Shown one piece after another: positions 31,872 to 42,815 of a DNA stretch of 64,000 nt. The notes below the pieces were generated by a model that worked only from the letters and a program-made list of their open reading frames with translations, had not been told where the DNA came from and ran no database searches. Position 1 is the stretch's first letter, and each line of letters begins with the position of its first letter. The position numbers were made by a program, and so were the translations under genes. The DNA is taken from the sequence record OZ195934.1, one strand, 5' to 3'.

Positions 31872-31940
31872 CTAATATCACTAACTTCACTAAAACTACT
31901 AATACTACTAAGATGATGCGGAATTTTTCCGCCTCGTCCA
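31872..31940 (+). repeat. 69-bp intergenic element, copy 1
   Basis: 66/69 identical to reverse complement of 57817..57885. Confidence 0.9.
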
Positions 31941-31990
31941 ATCCTGCCGCTGACGCTCAGACCTAAAAAAGCCCCTGACGGGGCTCTTGA

Positions 31991-32521
31991 TTAAACTATC
32001 GGGCTTATAACAACTTCTTTGCCATCTATCTTGTGTATCATTTCAAAGTAAGCGTATTCAAACTCAACGTCACATGTTACGACTTCAACATCACCTGCTT
32101 CTGTATAGTTCCATTCAACTTGACTTAATGACTTAGGGAACGCATTGATAAAACGATACGTTGCTACAATCTTGTCTTTGTTGTTGTCTAGAATATGAAG
32201 CAGAAGCGTTGATGGAACTTTACCATCGGGATTACTTGGTCCATTCGGATTGTTCATCGTTAACATCCAACGATATAGCTCTGCGTATGTCTTGAGATCT
32301 TCATCGACTAGAAACTGAATCGATAGCGAGTCGTAACTTGTTGCAGACCCTGCAATGTTGTTGTCAGCTAGTTTCGCGTATTTTGGACCTCTTGCGATAC
32401 TAGCAACTTCCATATTGACACCTGGGATAGCGGCAGATTGAATCTGCCACACGAACGTTTCAGTTGCGTTATTATCTGGTATGTCGATTCGGAAGTTATT
32501 CTTCATCGTTACGTTTTTCAT
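31991..32521 (-). CDS. gp3: Tail tube terminator / tail completion protein
   Basis: IPGVNM, YDSLSIQFLVDEDL..Y..LY.WM. Confidence 0.85.
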   Translation of the reverse strand: MKNVTMKNNFRIDIPDNNATETFVWQIQSAAIPGVNMEVASIARGPKYAKLADNNIAGSATSYDSLSIQFLVDEDLKTYAELYRWMLTMNNPNGPSNPDGKVPSTLLLHILDNNKDKIVATYRFINAFPKSLSQVEWNYTEAGDVEVVTCDVEFEYAYFEMIHKIDGKEVVISPIV

Positions 32522-34488
32522 TACTGCGATACCCTCTGTGTAGTTCCGTTGTGTTTAGCACCACCACCAGAAACTAATGGACTTGCAAAGTTCGTTGTTT
32601 TTTGCTGCACTGAACTCACTGCTTGATTGACGATGTTGTTACCAACCGATGCTGCGTTTCTAGCAGCTTCTGCCGCTGCTTTCTGCACTGCAAGGGCTTC
32701 TAGTATCACTGCATTAGAAACCGTCTTAGCGCCCGCTACACCCTCTGTAATCATACGCTGTCTTTCAGCTTCAATTGCTGCTTGTTCAGCCATTTGCTTC
32801 TTCTCAAGTTCCATTGACAAGAAGTTGTCTAGACCTTCCGCTGAAGCTGCTAGTCCGTCAACTGGTTTAGAAAGTGTGTTACCAATGCTCTTGGCACTTT
32901 CAACAACGACTTGTCCCGCTGCTTTTGCACCATCGACTACAGCACTACCCATTTTCCCGATATAATCAGTCTCGTAGTTTGCGTTCAATCGTTCTTTGAT
33001 TGCTGCGCTTTCGCCATCTAAGTTTTCGCGTTTAGCTGTCAACTTGTCTTTGGCTAATGAATCTGGTCTATCGATTCCCGGTATCCAGTCAATCATTTCA
33101 GCAGCCATTTCTTGAACACTTAGCATCATTCGTTCGATTGCGTTCATCAGCAACGCGAATGAATCAGGAATGCTCATGAAACTCGCGATGATCTTGTTCA
33201 AGTTGTTGACAAACATGTTGAACGTGCTCTTAACAAACCCGACTACTTTATCAAACGCGCCGACGATTCCTTCGACTGCTCCCTCTGGAACTGCGTCTTT
33301 GATGTTGTCGCCAACTAATCCGAACCATGCACCGATTCCGTGTATAACGTCGCTGAACCATTGAGATACTAATCCGAATAGCAATTGTCGTTTCTCTGGG
33401 TCCATGAATATAGATTTCAATGCACCGAAAATGCGATCAATCTCTTCTTCGAAGATCTTATAGATACCGTAACCTGCAACAAGACCGACTAGTGCAACTG
33501 GGTTCAATAGAACTGCAATCACGCGTCCAAGCCCGAAGAATATCTGTCTCGCGACTGACTTCATCATTGTCTTAGCTACTTCACCAAATCCCTGCTCGGC
33601 TAAGATTTTAATCATCTTACCACTGCCGCCAGTCAATTTACCAAATCCTGATAGAGCCATTGCAGCGAGTTGTCCTAGTTTGCCGAACTTCGTAGCAGTC
33701 GCAGCCGCAGTTCCCATCGCACTACTGAAAGTCACGATTTGACCGCCAAGCATCATCAAGCCAACGCCGACGATTCTGAACAACTTAGCAATCCATCCAA
33801 GCTGACGACCAGTTAGGTGATTCGCAATACGTTTTAGATCACTTGCTTGATTGCGCTGAACTTTCATGTTCGCTTTATAGCGATGCAATTCAGTTTTACG
33901 GTCACGCGTACGCGAAACTGTTTCATATGCGAAGATCTTCTGATACAATGCGCTTATAAAGCCCACAGTGAGCGGTGAGTTATTACCCCGACCCGATGTT
34001 AGGAAACTATTCAAATCGTCGGCAGTCGTCTTCTGAAGCCCGATTATGCGCTTCATATCGTTCACTCTGAAGATTAGACGCTCGAACCAACGAGTGAATC
34101 CCTCTTGCATACGCATGAATCCGAGTTTAGCCGTCACTTTCATTTCTTGAATGCCGCGATCAATGCGCGACAAATGACCTTTAAAGTCGAGTGTCGTTTT
34201 GATCACATCGGTCAGTGAAATGATCGACGCTCGTAGTTTATTTGATCCTTCTTGGAAGTTCTCGCCAATTCGCTGAAACAGTGATTTTTGCTGAATCGTT
34301 TGCTTTTCATTGACTTTGAAAACAGACTTCATCGTGTCGAGCAATGACGTGGTGCTCACGTCTATATTGGCGACGTGACGAGCCACACGCTGCATCGTGT
34401 AGACTTCTGGTCTGTCTTCTTGTTGTAAAATCACATGATCTAATCGGTTGATTATCTCTTGTAATTTTTTGTTATTATCAGCCGACAT
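32521..34488 (-). CDS. Tape-measure / baseplate hub (gp29-like)
   Basis: Long helical Ala/Gly-rich protein downstream of gp26/gp51. Confidence 0.55.
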   Translation of the reverse strand: MSADNNKKLQEIINRLDHVILQQEDRPEVYTMQRVARHVANIDVSTTSLLDTMKSVFKVNEKQTIQQKSLFQRIGENFQEGSNKLRASIISLTDVIKTTLDFKGHLSRIDRGIQEMKVTAKLGFMRMQEGFTRWFERLIFRVNDMKRIIGLQKTTADDLNSFLTSGRGNNSPLTVGFISALYQKIFAYETVSRTRDRKTELHRYKANMKVQRNQASDLKRIANHLTGRQLGWIAKLFRIVGVGLMMLGGQIVTFSSAMGTAAATATKFGKLGQLAAMALSGFGKLTGGSGKMIKILAEQGFGEVAKTMMKSVARQIFFGLGRVIAVLLNPVALVGLVAGYGIYKIFEEEIDRIFGALKSIFMDPEKRQLLFGLVSQWFSDVIHGIGAWFGLVGDNIKDAVPEGAVEGIVGAFDKVVGFVKSTFNMFVNNLNKIIASFMSIPDSFALLMNAIERMMLSVQEMAAEMIDWIPGIDRPDSLAKDKLTAKRENLDGESAAIKERLNANYETDYIGKMGSAVVDGAKAAGQVVVESAKSIGNTLSKPVDGLAASAEGLDNFLSMELEKKQMAEQAAIEAERQRMITEGVAGAKTVSNAVILEALAVQKAAAEAARNAASVGNNIVNQAVSSVQQKTTNFASPLVSGGGAKHNGTTQRVSQ

Positions 34489-34655
34489 TATTGTGCTTCC
34501 TTATTCTTTTCTTGAATATAATGAATTAGCTGTGCGGCGTAGATATCACGCTCGAATAGAACCATCGTTTCAACGTCATGAAGAGAGAAATTGCCATGAG
34601 TGATCATGGCAAAGTTTTCTTTGTAATACTCTTCAAGTGAGTATCCACCGAGCAT
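34488..34655 (-). CDS. gp51: Baseplate hub assembly chaperone (gp51-like), 55 aa, missed by ORF track
   Basis: YYKENFAMITHGNFSLHDVETMVLFERDIY motif directly after gp26. Confidence 0.75.
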   Translation of the reverse strand: MLGGYSLEEYYKENFAMITHGNFSLHDVETMVLFERDIYAAQLIHYIQEKNKEAQ

Positions 34656-35509
34656 TAGACGAAAAAATCTTCGATTCCTCGTAGTGTTACCTTTTCGCTG
34701 TTACCACACTTAGGGCAAACAACATCAATATGAGTAGTCAGACGCGGAACAGAATCGACGAATGTTTGAACTTTCGTGAATGTGTTTGTGTCAATCTCAC
34801 CCATGATATTGATTAGCATGTTTTGTTGTTCAAGTTCTTCTTTGGTGTATACAACTTCGCCCACGTGAACTTCGTGAATCGATGCTACAGCGATATTGAA
34901 TAAACCCTCAGGTGTATTCGGATCGTTGTTCTCGTATACTTTAATGTTCGGGTGTTTCAGCTTGATTACAACGTTGTCGTTCACTTTAACCGTGTCATCG
35001 CCTTTGAACTTCGGTACGTGCGCTTGATTCAAATCAATGTGCGCGTGAATCTGCGTGCCGCATAGCTCTTTATCGGGCGCGAACACAGCTTCGATTGCTT
35101 CGTCGTCAGACTGATTCACGATTTCTGCGAACAGTTCATCGGCAGACTTCGCAAGCTCTGCTTCTTCTTCTGCGCTGATCTCTGCTAGTTCTTCTTCAGT
35201 TTTCGTTCCTTCTGCACAACAGTTATATGTTGCTTGGATGTTTGTCACACCGTTGCTGTTCATATACATGTGCATGAATAGAAATTCACCATCACCGACT
35301 GTCAGTTCTTCCATTTTGATGTCAGACATGATGCAATTTTCAAGTGCTTGCTCGATTGCGTCAACTTTCTGATCTGACTCGTTCGCGATTAGCAACGCTT
35401 TGTGCTCTTTTGCAAGCATAGCGCGAAGCTTAATCTCTTCACCCGTCGATGGTAGTTTAACTGTGTATTGTGGTGCTGCCAGTACGTTTAAATCAAATGT
35501 TTTAGTCAT
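34655..35509 (-). CDS. gp26: Baseplate hub subunit
   Basis: PQYTVKLPSTG..RAMLAKEHKALL, CPKCG...LRGIEDFF. Confidence 0.9.
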   Translation of the reverse strand: MTKTFDLNVLAAPQYTVKLPSTGEEIKLRAMLAKEHKALLIANESDQKVDAIEQALENCIMSDIKMEELTVGDGEFLFMHMYMNSNGVTNIQATYNCCAEGTKTEEELAEISAEEEAELAKSADELFAEIVNQSDDEAIEAVFAPDKELCGTQIHAHIDLNQAHVPKFKGDDTVKVNDNVVIKLKHPNIKVYENNDPNTPEGLFNIAVASIHEVHVGEVVYTKEELEQQNMLINIMGEIDTNTFTKVQTFVDSVPRLTTHIDVVCPKCGNSEKVTLRGIEDFFV

Positions 35510-35518
35510 GATATTACC

Positions 35519-36259
35519 TTAAAAAAGACCCGTGATTGCTTCTGAGCCCGTATTGTAAATGCTGTTATATGTCTTCTCGAATTCTTGCGAAATCTCTAGT
35601 TGACTTGAAATCTCGTTTTTAATATCTTCGGACAAGTATGTTGCGCTCTCGTACACAAATTCAACTTCGAATTCAGCGATTGCGTTGTTGTTTTCGTAGC
35701 CTAACTGAACGCCACCAACACGCGTCGGGAATGCATTCTTCAAACTAGTCATAGTAACCATGTTCGAGTTGCGGTCATACGTGTAGATTTCAATTGTACG
35801 AGCATAGTTCGCCATGAATCCTACCTGTGCAGTCGCGCTAGTGTAAATCTGTTTGAACCAGCCAAGCATCATTTTACGCTCTGGGTGAGTCGGTGACAGA
35901 TACATTGTCATGGTCACTGTTTCGTCAGTTTTCGATTTGACTATGTGATTTGGCGTGCGTCGAGTCTTATCGACATCAGTTTCGTACGATGACCCCGGGA
36001 TGTTAGTCGATTTCACCATCATTCCGATGTTGCGTTCGTACTCAAACCCCGCGCCGAACAGTTCAATCGTAGACATGAACGCATCTTGAACGCCAACGCC
36101 CTTGACTGAATCAGTCGCAGCGTTGTACATAGTTTCGCCCGTGTTCATAACTTGTTTCGCTGTGTCTTGCAGCGATGCGAAACGCACCGCGTACAAGTTT
36201 TGACGAGCCAAGTCGTTCTTGGTGATTTGCGCCAAGAACTTCTTAACGTCAATGCTCAT
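35519..36259 (-). CDS. gp54: Baseplate tail-tube initiator
   Basis: LARQNLY, gp19-like fold motifs AFPT, FEVEFVY. Confidence 0.7.
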   Translation of the reverse strand: MSIDVKKFLAQITKNDLARQNLYAVRFASLQDTAKQVMNTGETMYNAATDSVKGVGVQDAFMSTIELFGAGFEYERNIGMMVKSTNIPGSSYETDVDKTRRTPNHIVKSKTDETVTMTMYLSPTHPERKMMLGWFKQIYTSATAQVGFMANYARTIEIYTYDRNSNMVTMTSLKNAFPTRVGGVQLGYENNNAIAEFEVEFVYESATYLSEDIKNEISSQLEISQEFEKTYNSIYNTGSEAITGLF

Positions 36260-36261
36260 TT

Positions 36262-36858
36262 TTATCTCCCACGTCTATAACGATCATCGTAAGCACGTAC
36301 AGCAGAAATATTACGACCATTTTTAGCAACGAATTGCTGTAGAGGCATATGAATAACATTGAACCAGTCAGCAGGTTTGACTTCTTCGAGCGAGCCTTTA
36401 ACGCGCTTCAAGATGTACAATTTAACCATGTGTTTACTGAACTTCATGTTCTTCACTCGACCCCAGTCGATAATCAACTTTGTCTTGTTACTTACTGTTT
36501 TCGTGTTCGCGTATCTAAGTATTCTTTCCATGAACTTCTCACGTTCCTTTGGCGGAATGTAGTGTAAGTTCAATCCGAGCATGTATCCCTTGCTAACGCC
36601 TAGACAAACAACGCAAGGGAACTTATCCCAATACGGTAGTTTTGCTTTCGTCTTCGCGTCGTATGCGAATACATACATGTTTCCCTTGTGCGGGACTTGT
36701 ACTTTTTTGCTTCGAATCGCATCATGCACGCGCTTCTTGAACCACGCTATTGATTTGCGCTGATTCTTCGCGACTGGCTGACGACCCATTTCATGCACTT
36801 GTGCTTTGAAACTTTGAAGCAAGCTTTCTTTTTTCTTCGGTGCGCCTGTTTTAGCCAT
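36262..36858 (-). CDS. gp2: DNA end protector
   Basis: YDAKTKAKLPYWDKFP, GLNLHYIPP. Confidence 0.95.
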   Translation of the reverse strand: MAKTGAPKKKESLLQSFKAQVHEMGRQPVAKNQRKSIAWFKKRVHDAIRSKKVQVPHKGNMYVFAYDAKTKAKLPYWDKFPCVVCLGVSKGYMLGLNLHYIPPKEREKFMERILRYANTKTVSNKTKLIIDWGRVKNMKFSKHMVKLYILKRVKGSLEEVKPADWFNVIHMPLQQFVAKNGRNISAVRAYDDRYRRGR

Positions 36859-37313
36859 TAGATTCTAAGTCCTATGAGTTTTCTCAAGCCATGCTCAGTG
36901 AGCACTTTAAACTGCCAGCCTTTTTGCTTCGCGAACTTAATCGCAGCAGCCCATTTATCTTGATTGACTTGAAATGTGTATACCTCGTGAATGAGACGCT
37001 TTTTTGCTTTCTCAGTCAGTCGTTGAGGCTTTTCAGGTGGCTGAGTTTCTTTATGAGGCTTAACCTCGAAGATGAACTCGCGACCATCGCTGAACTTCAC
37101 GTAAAAGTCCATAAAATATCTACGTTTTTTACCGCCATCAGCACTGCTCACGTACGGTATAACGATTTCTTCACTGTTCCAACGAACAACGTCAGGGTTG
37201 TTATCGCACCAACGCATGAAAGATAGCTCCCATGAGCTGCGATATTCTATCTTCTGATAGTTGCCTTTGTACTTTTGTTTGTTCGATGGGACGAATTTTC
37301 CAGAATATGCCAT
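36858..37313 (-). CDS. gp4: Head completion protein (TnsA-like nuclease)
   Basis: AYSGKF.P.N..KYKG, YRSSWE, YFMDF, EVKP, NQDKW. Confidence 0.95.
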   Translation of the reverse strand: MAYSGKFVPSNKQKYKGNYQKIEYRSSWELSFMRWCDNNPDVVRWNSEEIVIPYVSSADGGKKRRYFMDFYVKFSDGREFIFEVKPHKETQPPEKPQRLTEKAKKRLIHEVYTFQVNQDKWAAAIKFAKQKGWQFKVLTEHGLRKLIGLRI

Positions 37314-37381
37314 AAACGTCTCCTTTCTTATATTTAGTGAACTTCTAAATACGAGTATTACACATGAATAGGAGCCGACAT

Positions 37382-38518
37382 ATGTCTTGGATCGGTCTGA
37401 CAGGAAAACAAACAAATACCGCCGAACGAATCTTATCGATGGAATCGGGACCGTCTGGCGGAGTAACAGAAACTAAAGAAATCACAGACGATGAGAAAGA
37501 TGCCAAAGCTCAGGGAAGTAGCAATGTCGCGCTGACATATCCCGCTAATCTTGGTGCAATGGGCGGTCATCCGAACTTCTTTATGTTTCGAGCATACGAC
37601 ATGGCGAGCACTACAAAGCAGCATTACACTGATATGCGTAGCTCGTTCACGTCAAATCAAAGCGAACGCGAAAGTGCAGATAAAATCCCTCAAGAATTGA
37701 TGGCTACCATCGCACTGTACGCACCGAACGTAGTAGAAGAAGTCTCACACGAGTTTGACAAAACGGCAACGTCTGTTTTCTCAGACTTCTTAGCCGATGC
37801 CGCAGCAGCAGTTGGGGCAGATTCAACGCAAGGTAAAGTTGAAGGGGCAGGCAAAGCGATTCGAACTGGTGTTGGTGCGACACTAGCACAAGCAAAACGC
37901 TCGTTCATTCAGCAGAATGCAGCAGCACAATTGGAGAAGAATAGCTCAGTTGTTACCGATAACGTAACAGTTTCTTCGTACAAGGGTACATCACAGCGTC
38001 AACAGACATTAGTGTATATCTTCCACCCGAAATCACTTGATGAATTGAAAACAGTCGGTCAGATTATTAAGACGTTCTACAGTCTTTCGCTTCCGATTAA
38101 AACGAGTATATCAGGTGATGATGTAGTCGGATATGACTCTACGGGTGCCGATGGCGCAGCGGGTTTTGCTAAGTATGCAACTCTTTTGAAAACACCACCA
38201 GTATGGTTGATTGAAGAAGTTTCAGATTCGAGTGCTGACAGATGGACACCTCGTTTCATTTTCGGTCCCGCGGGTATCACGTCAGTGAAATTGAACAGAA
38301 CACCAGATCAATACTGGCGCACGTTCAGAGGCACAGCAGGTGACCCGTCTGGTATTGAAATGGAAATTACGTTTACTGAACTTATTCCGCTTGATCGCGC
38401 TATGTATCTTCGTGATGTTAATAGTAGCATTAACGGGTATCAAGATAACACGGTCACTGCATCAGGTGATAGTGAAGATAGCGGTAGCTTTATCGACGAT
38501 GTTAAGGGGATTTTCTAA
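37382..38518 (+). CDS. gp48: Baseplate tail-tube cap
   Basis: F.PKSLDE, GDPSGIEMEITFTEL; upstream of gp53. Confidence 0.7.
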   Translation: MSWIGLTGKQTNTAERILSMESGPSGGVTETKEITDDEKDAKAQGSSNVALTYPANLGAMGGHPNFFMFRAYDMASTTKQHYTDMRSSFTSNQSERESADKIPQELMATIALYAPNVVEEVSHEFDKTATSVFSDFLADAAAAVGADSTQGKVEGAGKAIRTGVGATLAQAKRSFIQQNAAAQLEKNSSVVTDNVTVSSYKGTSQRQQTLVYIFHPKSLDELKTVGQIIKTFYSLSLPIKTSISGDDVVGYDSTGADGAAGFAKYATLLKTPPVWLIEEVSDSSADRWTPRFIFGPAGITSVKLNRTPDQYWRTFRGTAGDPSGIEMEITFTELIPLDRAMYLRDVNSSINGYQDNTVTASGDSEDSGSFIDDVKGIF

Positions 38519-39096
38519 TGATTTTTTCAATATTCGATAAAACAGAATATGGTGACGTTGAGACAGCCGATATTTTCAAGAACTTGAATTATTACCACAA
38601 GCAATTGATTGGCTCATTCGATGTCATACAATACACAATTGTCGGCGACTTTCGACCAGAACAGATCGCGTATCGTCTATATGGCGATACGTCGCTGTAT
38701 TGGATGATTCTTCTACTAAACGAACGCGTTGATCCGTTCTATGATTGGGTTCAGCCCAATGAAACAGTCGCGGAAAATGCAGAGTATCGCTATCAGTGGA
38801 TTGGTGGCCACGAGCAAGTGCATCATCATGTAGATGAACAAGGGCGTTTGTGGTACGATATGGTAGAAGACCCCGACAACCCGCGAAACTGGTACAATGA
38901 ATTTGACTTCATCAACAACGCGCCTGAAGAGGGGCAAGAAGATCATCGCGAGATTTTATATCACGGTGTCATGATTCCTGTGTCGGTTGATGAATATGAG
39001 TTCAACACAAATGAAAACTCGCGAGTGATCAACATACTATCGAAAGACGATGTTAGTACGTATGTCAGCTCGTTTATGAAATTAGCAGGGGTATAA
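38518..39096 (+). CDS. gp53: Baseplate wedge subunit
   Basis: RPEQIAYRLYGDTSLYWMILLLN LysM-like motif. Confidence 0.9.
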   Translation: MIFSIFDKTEYGDVETADIFKNLNYYHKQLIGSFDVIQYTIVGDFRPEQIAYRLYGDTSLYWMILLLNERVDPFYDWVQPNETVAENAEYRYQWIGGHEQVHHHVDEQGRLWYDMVEDPDNPRNWYNEFDFINNAPEEGQEDHREILYHGVMIPVSVDEYEFNTNENSRVINILSKDDVSTYVSSFMKLAGV

Positions 39097-39097
39097 C

Positions 39098-40369
39098 ATG
39101 TTTGAAATGCGCTCGGCTAACCCCGTTGAGAACTTCGTGGTTAGCTCAATACAGATTCGAGGCGTAAATTACAGTGCAGGTGTCGAGAACGAGATCACGC
39201 ACTTGGAAATTTACGAATCGCTTGATGGCTTAACGTCAGGGATCTTCATGTTCACTGACACTGCGGGTATCGCAGACACATTACGACCAATGGGATTTGA
39301 AGCGGTTGACATCGAATTCGCGTCTCTCGTCGGGGCGCAAGCACACAAGGTTTATAAAAAGTCGTTTCGTTGTACTGGTATTACTCGTCAGCCATCAAAA
39401 ACTGGTGGCTATGAGACGGTAATGATTCGATTCACGAACAACTTAATCACGATGAATGACTATGTGAAACGCCCGTATGTTTTCAAGAAAACAAGTATCT
39501 CGAATATCATCACGGCAATTCTAGATGGTCTTGGTGATGAAGTACCGGTATATGACATCGAGCAGTCGCTATATCAGCGTGATTTTGTCACGTCGATTAC
39601 AAAGCCGTTCGATACGATCATGAGCTTAGTGGATTATGCGAGTACCGACGTGAATAACTCGTGTAAGTTCAAGTTCTATGAAGATCGCGATGGTCTGAAG
39701 TTCAAATCACTCGGTACGATTCGCGATCAAGATTACGACTTCATCATTCGCAAGGGTGCGAATACGGGCGACGGTAAGTGGACGTCGGGTGAAGGTAACG
39801 CGATTACTGCGCTTCGTGTTGTCGTGAAAGAACAATCAAATATGCACGAAATCAGTAGCGGAATATTCGGCGCACGAACGTACGCACACAGCTTGATTAA
39901 TAAAAAGCTGACGACTAGTGATGTTCGACGTAATGACTATATCGCGAGTGTTGGTATTTTAAATGACACTGCTCACATGTACACGAGCGAAGACGTGTTT
40001 CCTAGTGAAGTTACCGAGTCTGAACAGCCATTGAACAGCATTCAGCTTGTATCACACGACGGGTTTTATGAAAAAGACACGCAACACCCACTAGGGTCAA
40101 CGCATAGCGTGTCTATCATGGAAGAAACGTACATCAGATCTAAGACGATCATCGTTGAAATCCCGGGAAATACGAATATGACTGTAGGTGAAGTCGTTTA
40201 CATGGACTTGCATTCAGTAACGGGTGAGAATCACGCGAGTTTAGACGCGTCAGGTCGATGGGTAATTCAAGAGCTGAAGCACCGCGTTGAACTGAATCAA
40301 TTTATAACGACACTTGAGCTAGTCAGTGATTCATCATTGAACGTAGCAGTGGCGGGGAGTGACACATAA
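39098..40369 (+). CDS. Baseplate hub protein (gp27-like)
   Basis: IYESL, FYED..G.KFKSL, IPGNTNMTVG; between gp53 and gp5. Confidence 0.6.
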   Translation: MFEMRSANPVENFVVSSIQIRGVNYSAGVENEITHLEIYESLDGLTSGIFMFTDTAGIADTLRPMGFEAVDIEFASLVGAQAHKVYKKSFRCTGITRQPSKTGGYETVMIRFTNNLITMNDYVKRPYVFKKTSISNIITAILDGLGDEVPVYDIEQSLYQRDFVTSITKPFDTIMSLVDYASTDVNNSCKFKFYEDRDGLKFKSLGTIRDQDYDFIIRKGANTGDGKWTSGEGNAITALRVVVKEQSNMHEISSGIFGARTYAHSLINKKLTTSDVRRNDYIASVGILNDTAHMYTSEDVFPSEVTESEQPLNSIQLVSHDGFYEKDTQHPLGSTHSVSIMEETYIRSKTIIVEIPGNTNMTVGEVVYMDLHSVTGENHASLDASGRWVIQELKHRVELNQFITTLELVSDSSLNVAVAGSDT

Positions 40370-41634
40370 TGTTTATGGGATTAGAGGGCTTTGAATGGTG
40401 GACTGGTGTGGTTGAAGATCGCACTAGCGACCCGCTCAAGCTTGGTAGATTAAAAGTACGAATGATTGGCTTGCATCCCGAGAAGAAAAACTCTGAGCAA
40501 GGCATCAAGACTGAAGATTTGCTTTGGGTTCACCCGATGCAGTCGCTTGATAACGCAGCAATGAACGGAATTGGTAATGCATCAATCGGTGTCGTTGAGG
40601 GTACGTGGCTGTTCGGCTTCTATCGCGACAAACTTAGACAAGATGCAGTTGCGATTGGTTCACTTCCCGGTATTCCCGGTGAAGCTGCTAACGGCTCACG
40701 TGGGTTCAATGACCCGAATGAGAAATATCCGTTAGCTGACAAGCTCAATGAGCCAGACACGAATCGACTTGCGCGTAACGACGTTTCGACAGACGAATAC
40801 GACGAGCAAACAGCAGTCGATGAATTCAACAACGGCACGACTGATTACGTGCATAGACCGCACCCTGTTATCGCAGCGAAACGCGCTTTAGATGAAACAG
40901 AAATACCAACAGCGGGATATAACGAAGACGGAGTGCCGTATGATGAGCCTAGCACCCCGTATAACGCTCAGTATCCGTTCAATCACGTTCGTGAGAGTGA
41001 GAGTGGGCATATACAAGAAATCGACGACACAGAGGGCGTAGAGCGTCTTCATACGTATCATAGAACAGGCACGTTTGAAGAAATTCATCCCGACGGCACG
41101 AAAGTGACTCGAATCATAGGTGACGACTTTGAGATCGTGAAGCGCGATCAGAACTTGCTTGTAAAAGGCAACTTGAATATCACGGTAGTTGGCGATGCGA
41201 CGTTCTACTGTCAAAGCAATGTAACGCAGCAAATCGACGGTAACTTGAAACAACACGTGAAAGGCAATGTTGATCAGCACGTTGAAATGGACGTGACGCA
41301 GACAGTTGACCAGAACGTGAATCAAACTGTACATCAAAACGTGACTCAAGAAGTCGATGGTAACGTATCACAGACAGTTCATCAGAACGTCACACAGCAG
41401 GTTGATCAGAATGTGACTCAAACAGTGGGCGGAAACGTACAAAGCACTGTCTCAGGGGATTACACGCAGAATATCAGCGGTAATTATTCGATAACAGTCG
41501 GTGGCTCGATGTCTGAAAGTGTAAGTTCGTCTTATACGAGATCAGCAGCTTCTATCTCAGACGATGGTGGCGGTGCAACATTGAGTCTTGCAGGTGCAGC
41601 AGCACTAGACGGTTCAACAGTGAGCTTAGGCTAA
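40369..41634 (+). CDS. gp5: Baseplate central spike (OB-fold + beta-helix, no lysozyme domain)
   Basis: WWTGVVEDR..DPLKLGR.KVR, YPFNHV.ESESGH, octapeptide V(D/H)QNVTQT repeats. Confidence 0.9.
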   Translation: MFMGLEGFEWWTGVVEDRTSDPLKLGRLKVRMIGLHPEKKNSEQGIKTEDLLWVHPMQSLDNAAMNGIGNASIGVVEGTWLFGFYRDKLRQDAVAIGSLPGIPGEAANGSRGFNDPNEKYPLADKLNEPDTNRLARNDVSTDEYDEQTAVDEFNNGTTDYVHRPHPVIAAKRALDETEIPTAGYNEDGVPYDEPSTPYNAQYPFNHVRESESGHIQEIDDTEGVERLHTYHRTGTFEEIHPDGTKVTRIIGDDFEIVKRDQNLLVKGNLNITVVGDATFYCQSNVTQQIDGNLKQHVKGNVDQHVEMDVTQTVDQNVNQTVHQNVTQEVDGNVSQTVHQNVTQQVDQNVTQTVGGNVQSTVSGDYTQNISGNYSITVGGSMSESVSSSYTRSAASISDDGGGATLSLAGAAALDGSTVSLG

Positions 41635-42116
41635 TGGCTAGTATTCTTCCGCTTTTGCTAGAAGAAACACCAGAATCGGAGAATGTCGATGTGACGTTCT
41701 CCGCTGTTCTTGAAGAGGGCGAGACTCTTGATAGCATTAGCATAACATCGCACAGAGAAAATAACGGCATAACAGTAGTCGGCGCGAGATTTCACGGTCA
41801 ATACGTCGATTCGTTCGATTTGGGTCCGAGTGGCTTGCAGTATCGCGATACGCGAGATAATAGCTATCACTCAGTGAGTGGCTTTGATGAGCTACCCGAA
41901 AATCCACAAAACGGTCACGTGTATCGATTCGAAGCACCGAGTCCGTTGACGACTGATTATGACTACACAGTAACTTTAAATTACACGTATGAAGACCCAT
42001 TAGTACCGGGAATGCCAGAAGAGTTGGAGATCGTAGAGACGTTTACGCAGACTGTAAAAGGCAAATATGACGCTTGGGGTCAACAATTGCGTGATTACAT
42101 AGCATTGGGGAATTAA
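41634..42116 (+). CDS. Conserved baseplate-region protein (gp5.1-like)
   Basis: Position after gp5. Confidence 0.55.
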   Translation: MASILPLLLEETPESENVDVTFSAVLEEGETLDSISITSHRENNGITVVGARFHGQYVDSFDLGPSGLQYRDTRDNSYHSVSGFDELPENPQNGHVYRFEAPSPLTTDYDYTVTLNYTYEDPLVPGMPEELEIVETFTQTVKGKYDAWGQQLRDYIALGN

Positions 42117-42117
42117 T

Positions 42118-42414
42118 ATGCCAGCTTTAGCGAGATCAGGTGACCCGACAACAGGTCACGGGACGTATCCGCCAACTAACGTAGTGGGTGGTAGTCCGAA
42201 AGTAAGCGCACAGGGGATTGGAGTTTTGTCACAAGCAAACTTAGTTCACGTGACGCATTGCAATACAGTAAAACCGCATGATTGCCATGCGGGTTCAGCA
42301 GCAACGTACAGCGATAAAGTTTTTATCGAAGGAAGCCCCGCAGTTCGCATAGGTGATATGCTAACTTGCGGAGATACTGTAGCGGGTGGTGCAGGGAAAG
42401 TTGTTAGTTCTTAG
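42118..42414 (+). CDS. gp5.4: PAAR spike-tip protein
   Basis: ALARSGD..TGH, H..H..H, PAVRIGD.L.CG. Confidence 0.9.
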   Translation: MPALARSGDPTTGHGTYPPTNVVGGSPKVSAQGIGVLSQANLVHVTHCNTVKPHDCHAGSAATYSDKVFIEGSPAVRIGDMLTCGDTVAGGAGKVVSS

Positions 42415-42760
42415 AGTGTGAACGAATTTCATCTTCACGCGTTGGTGACGTATCAACAGGCTCTGGCTTGAACGAGTTGTCGTTTGCAGTCGGAGCAACT
42501 AGAACAATATCAGCGTCAACTTTGTGCGCGCCAGTGTCATCGACTACTTCAGTCATCACAGGGCGCGTGATTGGCGATGTTACTAGCTTCACACCAGATG
42601 CAACTACAGTGAACACAACGATTGTTAAGATGATTTTAGCGAACGGTACTTCAACGTTCTTTGTCTTTGTCAGTTTCATTACGAACCATATGAAAAACAG
42701 TGCTAGAAGTAAGAACGCGGCGATACCAAGAACAGGTAATACGGGTAGTAAGAATTCCAT
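42404..42760 (-). CDS. Membrane protein with two TM helices
   Basis: Hydrophobic residues 3-28 and 40-60; downstream of SPFH gene. Confidence 0.7.
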   Translation of the reverse strand: MEFLLPVLPVLGIAAFLLLALFFIWFVMKLTKTKNVEVPFAKIILTIVVFTVVASGVKLVTSPITRPVMTEVVDDTGAHKVDADIVLVAPTANDNSFKPEPVDTSPTREDEIRSHSKN

Positions 42761-42815
42761 TTTATTTCCTTTTTAAAAAAGAAGAGCGACTATTTAGCCG
42801 CTCTTGAGTTTTTGA